Below, piece by piece: positions 30,305 to 39,316 of a stretch of DNA of 64,000 nucleotides. The stretch is from assembly GCA_963845185.1 (NCBI GenBank), contig CAWJRG010000005.1, positions 128,001-192,000 of the forward strand, given 5' to 3'. Position numbers and translations under genes: made by a program. How positions within the stretch are numbered: the stretch's first letter is position 1; every line of letters begins with the position of its first letter. The DNA is from an uncultured bacterium (GTDB lineage: Bacteria; Oederibacteriota; PGYV01; CAWJRG01). Below the pieces are notes generated by a model. The model saw nothing but the letters and a program-made list of their open reading frames with translations. It had not been told where the DNA came from and ran no database searches.

Positions 30305-31213
30305 TTACTTATACAAAATTATCTCATCAACCCATAAATCTACGTTAAATGGATAGGTACGGCCTATTGTCTGCCATTGTAACTGTTTCACATCGTATAT
30401 CCCGTGCTTTGGTACATCTGTACTGGGACCAAGCAATGCAATGTAATTACCCCATGCGCCCTGAGTCCCGAAATCCGTGAAAGGTATTGTATATTGCGTC
30501 CATGTTGAATTCGGAGGAAAGATGTTTGAAACCCATGGGTCATTGTATGCTGTGGTCGACGCACATGACGAGGCTGCTGCTGCGTCTGTGCATATGTTTC
30601 CGCTAACCGCATTTGACAGGCTGGCTACTCCGTCTCCGGTATTCGGTATTATCACGCTATACCCTTCCTGGCTGTCGGTAGGCCCGGTTTTTGCGTAAAA
30701 TTGAATACCTGTATATGGGGACCAATCCATTCCCTGGCATATTGACCCTGCCAAGGAACTTGTCTGGCAGGCCATGCCGATAAACCCGTAAGTATATCCA
30801 CCTTGAGCCGCGCCATTCACTGTACCTGTTATGCGCGCCGCATATCCGCAACCACCCGCGCCGGGATAGGACATCATAAATGGCCCTCCTCCCATTGAGC
30901 CTGCTACAGGCCATACAGTCGAGTTTCCAGCTCCATTTGGGGCTGGTGGAGTACCGGCAGCGCAGTCACAAATTGTGAACCAGTAACCGCCAAGCGCGTC
31001 CGAGTTGCTTCCTTGGTCGCAGTTATCTATCAGCAACCAAGTTCCAGGAACCGGCGTCTTTGCTGGGCTGCATGCTACAGGCCCTGTAGGAGTTGTTGGC
31101 GTTGCCGTAGAACCCGATTGTACCGGGTTTTGCGTCTTTTTGCAGGTGCAACCATTGACAACCAACGCTGCCAATGAAAATAATGCAAGAAGAATTATTA
31201 AATATTTTTTCAT
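30305..31213 (-). CDS. Lipoprotein with CBM11-like domain homologous to the GH8-appended modules
   Basis: Lipobox-like VNGC; GGYWFT, STVWP, AARITG, WTQYTIPFTDF, QLQWQT, DLWVDEI, all matching modules in 39317-52729. Confidence 0.75.
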   Translation of the reverse strand: MKKYLIILLALFSLAALVVNGCTCKKTQNPVQSGSTATPTTPTGPVACSPAKTPVPGTWLLIDNCDQGSNSDALGGYWFTICDCAAGTPPAPNGAGNSTVWPVAGSMGGGPFMMSYPGAGGCGYAARITGTVNGAAQGGYTYGFIGMACQTSSLAGSICQGMDWSPYTGIQFYAKTGPTDSQEGYSVIIPNTGDGVASLSNAVSGNICTDAAAASSCASTTAYNDPWVSNIFPPNSTWTQYTIPFTDFGTQGAWGNYIALLGPSTDVPKHGIYDVKQLQWQTIGRTYPFNVDLWVDEIILYK

Positions 31214-31274
31214 CTTATTCACCTCCTTTCTCTAATAATTTAAAATTTCATATTTTCCAAGTCAAATACTGTAT

Positions 31275-32015
31275 TTACTTGCAAACTGCTTTCTTTACGG
31301 CTGCCTTGCCCCATCCTGCAGGGTTCTGCCAGCCGTCCTTATCGCCCGACCATGTCATCTGTATTTCCCTGTCTTTTGTCTTGCCTGAGCCGTTATCGTC
31401 AAATCCAATGTCAAAGCCTATTTCTTTTCCCTCGGACATGTCCCATCCGCTGAAGGCTGAAACCGGTATTGCGGCCTCCAGTATGTAACCGCCTGATTTC
31501 GGCTTAACCATGATCTTCGCTTCTATTGATTGATTCAGGTTAAAACAGTATGCTTCGGGTTTTGTCTTTGTCTTGCCTCCTGATACAAGGCCGGTGCTAA
31601 CGCCTATCTGGTAATCGGTCTCGAGATAGCTCTGCCTGTCCGGGTCGCTGTTGTTAAAACCGAGGAATACCTCTATATTGTCGCCGTTGTAAATATCCTT
31701 GCCTGTTTTATAGTTTTTGAGCGGCGAAGGCGTTTTTACGTCTGCAAGAACATACAGGTTTTTGTCGTCATAACCTATGTACATCTGCGCAGTCTGTTTT
31801 TTCCATTTTTCCTTGCCCACTGCCACCTGGTTGACGGTGTTAAGTTCTATCGGCTTAATTCCGCAGGCTTTCCATGCCGCCGTGTTGCAGTCCAGTGGCA
31901 TGGCTTTTGAAAGCAGCCATATCGTTGTCTCTGGTTTTTCGCCTTTTCCTGCTGCAAAAACAAAAATTGCCATAAATACAAGTAAAGTCGCTACTGCAAT
32001 TGCCGTTCTCTTCAT
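31275..32015 (-). CDS. Secreted CBM9-like sugar-binding protein
   Basis: YDDKNLYV, GDNIEVFL, YILEAAIP, IGFDIGFDD; signal peptide. Confidence 0.8.
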   Translation of the reverse strand: MKRTAIAVATLLVFMAIFVFAAGKGEKPETTIWLLSKAMPLDCNTAAWKACGIKPIELNTVNQVAVGKEKWKKQTAQMYIGYDDKNLYVLADVKTPSPLKNYKTGKDIYNGDNIEVFLGFNNSDPDRQSYLETDYQIGVSTGLVSGGKTKTKPEAYCFNLNQSIEAKIMVKPKSGGYILEAAIPVSAFSGWDMSEGKEIGFDIGFDDNGSGKTKDREIQMTWSGDKDGWQNPAGWGKAAVKKAVCK

Positions 32016-32039
32016 AATAAACCTCCTTTTTCATTTATC

Positions 32040-32067
32040 GTAGAGACACGCCATGGCGTGTCTCTAC
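32040..32067. repeat. GTAG-type REP palindrome
   Basis: GTAGAGACACGCCATGGCGTGTCTCTAC, a perfect palindrome. Confidence 0.82.
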
Positions 32068-32085
32068 CTTAATTGTCTTGCTATA

Positions 32086-34341
32086 CTAGAACTTAACTAC
32101 TACTTTCGCGTCGACTTCCTGCACTCCGTAACTGTTCGCGCTGTCCGTATGGTCTGTGATTTTGCTGAGCGTATAGGACAATCCTAATGTGGCCGGTTTG
32201 GCTATTTTATATTCTACGCCGGCGCCGTAACTCAGGATGTCCATATTGAAGTCATTCAGGACCATTGGGACTGTGACATTCTGGCTCGTAAAGCAGTTAT
32301 AGTATATCTGGCCGCCGTAAGCCCCTGTACCCAAATCAAAATACTCATGCCCGCTGAAAGCTATGTTCCTGAGGCCTATCGAGAGTGTAATTTTTCTCAT
32401 CATAACATAATTCAATCCCAAATCAAATATGTTTGACGTAAGCAGAACATTTGAGCTGTTGTCCGTCTCCTCATTTTTATAGCCTGTCAGCAGGGATAAA
32501 TCGTCGCCCAAATTGATTTTCACTCCTCCTTCGGTAACCGCGAAATTCCTCGGCTGTTCCTGGTTGTTTACTATTATATCAGTAACTATTTCCGACAGCA
32601 TCTGGTATTTCACGTAAGGCTGGATAAAATCATCGAGGTAATCGCCGCTTAATTTTATAGTAATACCCTGCCTGTTTGGCGTGGCGTCGCCGTAAGGGGT
32701 CGAGTTATTTTCAAAGAAAGGATACGCCATCAGGTTTGAACCTATCGGGTTATAATTCGTGTATATCAGGTTGTTGTATCTTGTAAGCGGGTATATTTTT
32801 CCTTTATTATCCTCGGTTGAGCCTCCGATTATGTAGGCGGCTTCAGGCATGGAAACGTTCCATGTATTGTTCTGCGTAAGGTAATACTGCCACGGGTTGT
32901 TTATCTCGTCGTATATTCTCGACTGCGCTGCGTAAGCCGTGAAACTGTTGCCCACTTCCCTATAGCTTATATCAAGTTTCGTGCCGAAATAATCCGCTTC
33001 TATCCCTGCCTTAAGGGCGCTGTCTGTTAAATATGTATTCATCCAGACTTGCGCCGGGTTAAAATTTGCGTTTGCCAAGGGATTTGCAACGCAATAATTC
33101 GAAATTGCGTATTCGGCCTTAAGCTTTGCAATATTAAAAATATTTATCGAGCCGTCGGCCGATGTCACATAGTTATCGAGCGTCTGCGTGTTATAATCCG
33201 GACCTGTGTCCCTCGCGTCCTTGATTTCCACAAAATTCAGGCCTATGTTAAGCAAGTCCTTAAGTGTGCAGTCTGACGAAAGCCGCGCGGCTCCCATGTA
33301 CTGGTCGTGCGCGTATATATCGCCCGACGGCAGCACCCCACCCAGGTCCTCGCCAAACGGCAAATTGAGATATCCGCCGAAAAAGTTTTGCCCGAGCCTT
33401 GCGAACATTGCGTCAACTCCGACGTCAAGCGAACTAAAAAAATTGACTATTGTGCTGATTTTACCGCCTCCGACCGGCCACGAATTATCAATAAGATAAA
33501 GTTCTTTTTCGTTCATCGCCCTTTTATCGCTGAATATTTTTGCCTCAAAAGGCCTCTCGTCGTCCACTGCCCATATAGTAAAAGGCGTCAACTTTGCCTG
33601 GTAATCTCCCACTATGAACGATACCGGGTATTCGCCCTGTATAAAAAATCTCTTCAGGCCCACGATATCCTCCGAGCCCCAGAACCCGCCGAACATGTTC
33701 TCCATTCTGAAAGTCGCCTCAGAGTATAATTCCTTATTGGCGTGCAGGGAAAACATAAGGTCAATGTACTGGTTTATCGGCCTGTACCTGAGTGCGGCCA
33801 CGCTCGGCGTCGAGGTTGTGCCCAATGGTATTTTTTCAGCGTTCAAAAGCTGATTATCCAGGCCGTTTTTGCTGCCGAAAATCAGGGCGTCGGTCATGTA
33901 AGCCGCTGTTTCGCCGTTTATCCGCATGCCCATTGAGTTAAGCAGCTTGTCCTGCTTTGCCTCGAGCGCCTGCTTTTTTGCCTTAAGGTCGCCCAGCTCC
34001 TCTTCTATGGAGTCAAGCTTTTGCCCGACTGCCATCATGTCCGTCTGGTACGCCTTCACAAGGTTGTAAAGTTTGTCTATATATTCCTTGAGGCTTGCGT
34101 TTGACTCCGGGAATTTTTTCTCCTTTGCGGCAAGCATATTGTCGACGCCGTTGTTGATATAACCCACCATTTCTTCCCGCGTGAGCTGATCCTTATCCAG
34201 CGGCATCGTAATGACCTTCGCGTCCACCAGGGATTTTATGTCCTTATATGCCCAGTGGTCCTTGTCAATGACCTCGTCCGCGGCAAGTATAAAAACAGGC
34301 AAAAGCACAACCACCAAAGCGATAATAATTTTTTTCGACAT
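32086..34341 (-). CDS. Outer-membrane protein: SLH-like domain, coiled coil, beta-barrel
   Basis: HWAYKDI..LV...TREEM (SLH-like), heptad-rich segment, strand-rich body, terminal VDAKVVVKF. Confidence 0.72.
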   Translation of the reverse strand: MSKKIIIALVVVLLPVFILAADEVIDKDHWAYKDIKSLVDAKVITMPLDKDQLTREEMVGYINNGVDNMLAAKEKKFPESNASLKEYIDKLYNLVKAYQTDMMAVGQKLDSIEEELGDLKAKKQALEAKQDKLLNSMGMRINGETAAYMTDALIFGSKNGLDNQLLNAEKIPLGTTSTPSVAALRYRPINQYIDLMFSLHANKELYSEATFRMENMFGGFWGSEDIVGLKRFFIQGEYPVSFIVGDYQAKLTPFTIWAVDDERPFEAKIFSDKRAMNEKELYLIDNSWPVGGGKISTIVNFFSSLDVGVDAMFARLGQNFFGGYLNLPFGEDLGGVLPSGDIYAHDQYMGAARLSSDCTLKDLLNIGLNFVEIKDARDTGPDYNTQTLDNYVTSADGSINIFNIAKLKAEYAISNYCVANPLANANFNPAQVWMNTYLTDSALKAGIEADYFGTKLDISYREVGNSFTAYAAQSRIYDEINNPWQYYLTQNNTWNVSMPEAAYIIGGSTEDNKGKIYPLTRYNNLIYTNYNPIGSNLMAYPFFENNSTPYGDATPNRQGITIKLSGDYLDDFIQPYVKYQMLSEIVTDIIVNNQEQPRNFAVTEGGVKINLGDDLSLLTGYKNEETDNSSNVLLTSNIFDLGLNYVMMRKITLSIGLRNIAFSGHEYFDLGTGAYGGQIYYNCFTSQNVTVPMVLNDFNMDILSYGAGVEYKIAKPATLGLSYTLSKITDHTDSANSYGVQEVDAKVVVKF

Positions 34342-34363
34342 TTAAATTACCTCCTGTATTATT

Positions 34364-36928
34364 TTAAAAAAAGTTTTTTAATTCCAGGTAAAGCTGCAGA
34401 CCGCTGAAATCATTCGCCGGCACTTCCCTGTCAAAATGCGCGAAATTTTTTACCCTCAAAAACACGGAAGTCCTCGGCGCAAAATCATAATCTATTCCCA
34501 CACCGTAAGCCTGGTCTGCGTAATCCAAGCCGTAATAGGGTCCATTCCAACTTAAGGCGGGGGTCGCTTGAGCTAAGTCCCACCTTTCCACATTGTTTGA
34601 AGTCCACCTTTCAAGGCCACCAAAAACCATTAAATTGATTTTTTTTGTAATATTATATACAAGGAACGACTGCACTATGCTCTGGCAAAAAATATTATTC
34701 GGGTCATAATCCACCATCAGATCTGCCCCGTTATAAAGTGTCGTTAGCTCCCCGTAAAGCTCAAAAAAAAGGTCATTTGGAATGCCTACAAGTTTGTTTA
34801 CAGCGTATCTTAATTCTGCCGAAGCGTTATTGTAATATTTCCTTGTCAGGGAGTCCGGATCAACGAGTTTCGTGACCATGTATTCCCTGTTTGTGAGCCA
34901 GGCATCCGTGACAAGCCCGCCCCTGCCTCCTGCGATTACACTGTTGACATTTGCTCCCGCACCGGAGGAATCAATACCATACCTGTTACCATTATACTCG
35001 TCATACCCGTAGTATGTGTCGTTATATCCCGGCGGTATCGCCGCTGCACCATAATTGCTGTAAAATTCGTGCCAGTATATGCCGCCGTTTAACCTGTTGC
35101 CCATGAGGAAATGCTCTCCATAAAACATGTTGCCTGTTTCCCTGATCTGCGCCGACGAGCCATAATTCAGAAGTAAAAAGCCGTTCGGCACGCTTATATT
35201 CGCGAATACATCAACCTTGTTCATATTATTATATAGTAAAGTCGGGTCTGCTGCGTATGTAATGCTGCTTATTTTCGGGGCAAAAGTCGGCGTCGTGTAA
35301 GTCCTGTAATTGGTGTCAATTACAGCAGCTGCTGTCGCCACATAGTCAGGGTCTATCCTTGTATATTTTATGGTTATTTTCACCTGTCTTGGCAAAAATG
35401 ACGGCGCAATTGACGCATACATCGCGTCTCCGACCTGCGTGAAAGCAGGCGGGTCTCCGTTTGGGAACACTGCATAAGAGTTGCCCGGCTCAGGTATCGG
35501 CAGCCTGCCGTTAAAATTGGATCTCTCAAACTCGCCTTTTATATCAAGGATATCAGTTATGCTCGTCTTCAAATCGCCTCCCATAATAGTTGCTGATTGT
35601 ATGTATCCATACGGCGTCGCAGGGAAACTGGAAGGGGCGTAAATCGGCAGACCATTATATACACCGGTATTTCCAACATTGATGTCCCCAGGCCCCGGAG
35701 CCATGGTCTGTACTTCACCCAGTTCGTTTGATGTGTTAAAAGCGTTCAATGATAATGCCGTGTTGCTGAGGAAAGGGAAATCCTGGAAGTGCGTGAACCT
35801 GCCGGCGAATTCATACAAATAGTGCTTGTCCCATCTCTCGTCGAATTTCTCCGCCTTGCCTCCCATGATTTTAAACTGGTCATTTCCGAAAAGGTTGAGG
35901 TTCACTATGTCAAGCCCGTAAAAACCGTGCTTTGACCATATATCCCCCCTTTTCTGGAACGAGTGCTCGAATATGTTTTCATAATGGCCCCTTGTGCTTT
36001 CTTCCGTGGTCGCGTAAACATCGCGGTCAAACGGCACAGGCCGCTCGGTCAGTATCTGTTTCATGACAAAAGGCGTCAGGTCTTCCCAGAAAAAACCGGT
36101 TGTTAACTGCCATTTATAAACGTTAAGGTTGATTGTATATGTGTCGAGAAACCTCGCGCCCGTGCCCCAGAACTCCGGCAAGGCAAAAGGTTTTGATGTG
36201 CCCTTTTCCTCCTCGTCACCCGGCTTTATAAAGTTAATATTCAACTTGAAATTGACGTCGTTCGAAATAAGCCCACCTGTCCACAGGGACATCATGGTGC
36301 CTCCAAGCGAGCCATGATTTATATCGCCGAGTGATGCACCATTGTTATGCTTGTCAGCTATGCCATAAGGACTGTAGTTATAGTTTGGCCCGTTGGATGA
36401 AATATCCTGCCATCTCGACTGCAGCATGCCCTGTATCTGGAAAGGCGGCATGCCGTGGAAAGTCGTCTTTTTATATTCCTGCTCTATATCATTAATTTCG
36501 TCGCTTAAGTCATTTATTGTTTGTTTATAGCTTGTAAGCTCAGGTGATTTTAATGCCGCCTCAAGCTTGTCTACGTCCTTATGCATCCCTGTAAGTTCGC
36601 TGTAAAACTTTGTTACGTATTTTTTAAGCATGTCAACATACGCGTAAATTTTGCCGCTGTCCATGCCTTCCTCAGGCGCTGCTACTTCTTCTGCCTGGGC
36701 AGTCACATTTGCCGCCGCTTCAACAATATACATGGCAGCCTCATATTTTGTAATAGCTCCGAACTTAAAATGGTCAGGGCTCACTGACTTTATAAGCCCG
36801 GAATTGGCCATGAAATACAGGTCTTGATAAATCTTGTCGTTTTGGGGGATTATTAACTGGTATTCGGATGCGATTGCCGCGGATGAGATTAGAGCAAACA
36901 TAACCATAAGGATAATATTTTTCTTCAT
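34364..36928 (-). CDS. Outer-membrane protein: degenerate SLH-like domain, coiled coil, beta-barrel
   Basis: IYQDL...GLI...ITKYEAA, coiled coil, terminal LYLELKNFF; shares LTPF..../FWG motifs with 32086-34341. Confidence 0.68.
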   Translation of the reverse strand: MKKNIILMVMFALISSAAIASEYQLIIPQNDKIYQDLYFMANSGLIKSVSPDHFKFGAITKYEAAMYIVEAAANVTAQAEEVAAPEEGMDSGKIYAYVDMLKKYVTKFYSELTGMHKDVDKLEAALKSPELTSYKQTINDLSDEINDIEQEYKKTTFHGMPPFQIQGMLQSRWQDISSNGPNYNYSPYGIADKHNNGASLGDINHGSLGGTMMSLWTGGLISNDVNFKLNINFIKPGDEEEKGTSKPFALPEFWGTGARFLDTYTINLNVYKWQLTTGFFWEDLTPFVMKQILTERPVPFDRDVYATTEESTRGHYENIFEHSFQKRGDIWSKHGFYGLDIVNLNLFGNDQFKIMGGKAEKFDERWDKHYLYEFAGRFTHFQDFPFLSNTALSLNAFNTSNELGEVQTMAPGPGDINVGNTGVYNGLPIYAPSSFPATPYGYIQSATIMGGDLKTSITDILDIKGEFERSNFNGRLPIPEPGNSYAVFPNGDPPAFTQVGDAMYASIAPSFLPRQVKITIKYTRIDPDYVATAAAVIDTNYRTYTTPTFAPKISSITYAADPTLLYNNMNKVDVFANISVPNGFLLLNYGSSAQIRETGNMFYGEHFLMGNRLNGGIYWHEFYSNYGAAAIPPGYNDTYYGYDEYNGNRYGIDSSGAGANVNSVIAGGRGGLVTDAWLTNREYMVTKLVDPDSLTRKYYNNASAELRYAVNKLVGIPNDLFFELYGELTTLYNGADLMVDYDPNNIFCQSIVQSFLVYNITKKINLMVFGGLERWTSNNVERWDLAQATPALSWNGPYYGLDYADQAYGVGIDYDFAPRTSVFLRVKNFAHFDREVPANDFSGLQLYLELKNFF

Positions 36929-36997
36929 CAGGACCTCTCCTTGGTGTTTGTTATTTTATTTTTGTTGCGATTTTCCCTAACTTATTAAAGCGAAAGT

Positions 36998-37025
36998 ATT
37001 ATAGCAAACGACTTTCGTTTGTCAA
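36998..37025 (-). promoter_or_regulatory. Sigma70 promoter of the barrel/CBM operon
   Basis: TTGACA-N16-TATAAT with a TG extension; spacer GCAAACGACTTTCG is LacI-operator-like. Confidence 0.65.
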
Positions 37026-37077
37026 TACTTTTTTCCGGAAAAATTTAAAACAATTTTGTTGATAGGTTTTTCTTTAA

Positions 37078-39159
37078 CTATCGTAACAGCATAAATTCAT
37101 TTATATCGCAAACTGTTTCTATCCTGCCGTTTCTTTCGCGGTTTACAGTATAAAAATAGGTGCCGTTGCCTAAATCCTGCAAGTATTCTTTTACGTTTAT
37201 TTCCCTTGAGTTCCATCCCGCTTTAAAATCACCATTCCAGTAAAATTCACGGATTTTCCTAAAGGCAAAAGTATAAATATATATCCAGACTTTGCTCTCG
37301 TCCTCTTTGAGGTTGAATTTCACGGTCATATATGCGTCTTTGTTATAATTCACAGGGTTTGGGTAAACTGTTGTGTTTTTATTCGGTGGGCCCGGCGTGG
37401 GCGTTGGTGGGGGAATCGGCGTGGGAGTAGGAGGTATGGTGTTTGTCGCCGTAGGAATAAAATCCGGGGCTGCTGCCGCAAGCACAAAAACAAGCGGTGC
37501 CTCGTAGTTAATCGCGACTTCATTTGATGCCCACGAATCCTGCGAATCAATGTAACACTTGGCTGGTTTTGTGCCCTCATTTATAATAGTTTGAAGGGTC
37601 GGATCCCCTCCGCCCGAATTCGGCCCGCCTACAATTAATCCAGGGTATGGTGCTGTAATGCCGTCTGATGCGGATGCCCTGTGGTGCGGGTGCATAACGC
37701 AGTTTTCTCCTATCCCGGTAACATAACTTATGTCCATAGGGTTCCTTCCAAGCAAATAATGCGCGACTTCAATAGCCGCGCTCATATAGCCTGTATTGCC
37801 TGATACGTCCGCCTCGCATGCCAGTACAAGCGCTCTGTTTCCTGAAACTGCGTTCGACCCCCAATAAAATCCCCCAACCACTAAGGGATATTTATATCCG
37901 CTTGAATTTATATAATATACAACGCTGTCAGCGAAGTTCTTTAAATTTGTTTTTATCGCGTTTACTGTCGCAGTATCTTTTGCCGTCTGGGTGGTAAAAA
38001 TATATGAAAGCATACCCATCATCTGCACGTTGGGCCAACCCGGCTCGCTTATGCTGAAATTTGTATAATTGGACATCACGTAATTGTTGTACACTGCCCC
38101 GCCTGTCGTGGAAAAAAGTTCTGCTGCTGCCCATAAACGCTCGTCGGAATCGTTTGTATCGCCGTAGCCGCCTGTGCCGGTGTCTGGAGGGTTTGTGAAT
38201 CCGCCCGGCGGGACTATTGAAGGGTTGTTTGTTAAGTACTGCCACGCGCTTTCCGCTGCCGCAAGGCATTGCTGTGAAAAAGCCGCGTCATACGGCGCGT
38301 AAATCCTGGCTGCCATGGCCATTACTGCTGCGAAGTCGCCTGTGGCGCATGAAGATTCCTGGTATATGTAAAGCTGCGAATTATCCTGGTTCGGCATTTC
38401 AAAAGGAGCGAATTGCAGGCTTGTTTCCTTGAAATAAACCCCTCCGTCATTGGGATTCTGCATTTTTAAAAGCCAGCCAAGCTCCCATCTGATTTCATTA
38501 AGCACGTCGGGTGTGGAATTCCCGCTTTCAGGTATTAACGGAAGCTTATATAATGAAAGCTTTGAAGCGTACCTTTCATACATTAAAAGAAGTTCGCCTG
38601 CGGAAAAAGCGCCGTTTACCACGTATTTCCCGAAATCACCAGCGTCATGCCAACCGCCTGTTGCGCTTATAGTACCTGACTGGCCTGTGGACTGGTGAAA
38701 ATCCGCATCACTCAGATGGCATGCGGGATACCCCCATCCGCCGTCAGGGTCTGATACCGTTATGCCGCAGCGCTGTAAATAATAACTTTCCATTGTTTTA
38801 ATAAATGCGCCGTAAAAAATTGTGTCGTTCACGTTAAATTCGTATGACTGCCCCACGCCCGGGACATCAATATAGTAATATCCCTGTATTGTCAGGGATG
38901 AAAAATCAGCCGTATAGCAATTGTCACCTGCCGTAAGGTCATATATTGGCCCTGTCGCGCTGCCTGAAAAAACCGTGCTTTTATCCGAAACATTTCTTAC
39001 GTAAAATGACGTGCATGGTGTTGTTATAATCACGTATTTGTTGTCAGTTGCCCTGTAGCCAGCCATGTCGACTTTTATGCTGTTTGAGGCTGCATACGCA
39101 AAACCTGCTGATAAAAGAATAATGCTGCTCAGTAAAATTATTTTTCCGTAATTTTTCAC
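37078..39159 (-). CDS. GH9 endoglucanase with N-terminal Ig domain and T9SS-like CTD
   Basis: GGWHDAGDFGKY, HPHHR, D...SWASNEVAINY catalytic motifs; PT linker; YPNPV...IYTFAFR...LGNGTYFY. Confidence 0.92.
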   Translation of the reverse strand: MKNYGKIILLSSIILLSAGFAYAASNSIKVDMAGYRATDNKYVIITTPCTSFYVRNVSDKSTVFSGSATGPIYDLTAGDNCYTADFSSLTIQGYYYIDVPGVGQSYEFNVNDTIFYGAFIKTMESYYLQRCGITVSDPDGGWGYPACHLSDADFHQSTGQSGTISATGGWHDAGDFGKYVVNGAFSAGELLLMYERYASKLSLYKLPLIPESGNSTPDVLNEIRWELGWLLKMQNPNDGGVYFKETSLQFAPFEMPNQDNSQLYIYQESSCATGDFAAVMAMAARIYAPYDAAFSQQCLAAAESAWQYLTNNPSIVPPGGFTNPPDTGTGGYGDTNDSDERLWAAAELFSTTGGAVYNNYVMSNYTNFSISEPGWPNVQMMGMLSYIFTTQTAKDTATVNAIKTNLKNFADSVVYYINSSGYKYPLVVGGFYWGSNAVSGNRALVLACEADVSGNTGYMSAAIEVAHYLLGRNPMDISYVTGIGENCVMHPHHRASASDGITAPYPGLIVGGPNSGGGDPTLQTIINEGTKPAKCYIDSQDSWASNEVAINYEAPLVFVLAAAAPDFIPTATNTIPPTPTPIPPPTPTPGPPNKNTTVYPNPVNYNKDAYMTVKFNLKEDESKVWIYIYTFAFRKIREFYWNGDFKAGWNSREINVKEYLQDLGNGTYFYTVNRERNGRIETVCDINEFMLLR

Positions 39160-39261
39160 TTGTTTCTCCTGTATTTTTAAAAAAGCGGGGTTAAAACTGT
39201 ATTTGATTAAAATATCGCAATTTTATTGATGTAAGATTATCGCTTAAAAGGTTTATATAAT

Positions 39262-39302
39262 AAAAGGCAGGAGCTGCATTTTCTGCTCGCTCCTGCCTTT
39301 TA
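39262..39302 (-). terminator. Intrinsic terminator
   Basis: AAAAGGCAGGAGC...GCTCCTGCCTTTT. Confidence 0.75.
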
Positions 39303-39316
39303 TGCTTCTTGTAGTT

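Noticed and set aside
16236..32067. CRISPR array from the 28-29 nt palindromes
   Set aside because: The copies are kilobases apart with no regular spacers and no cas genes; they fit REPs.
32086..36928. SusC/SusD pair
   Set aside because: No TonB-dependent plug motifs or SusD-type lipoprotein; the N-termini look SLH/coiled-coil.
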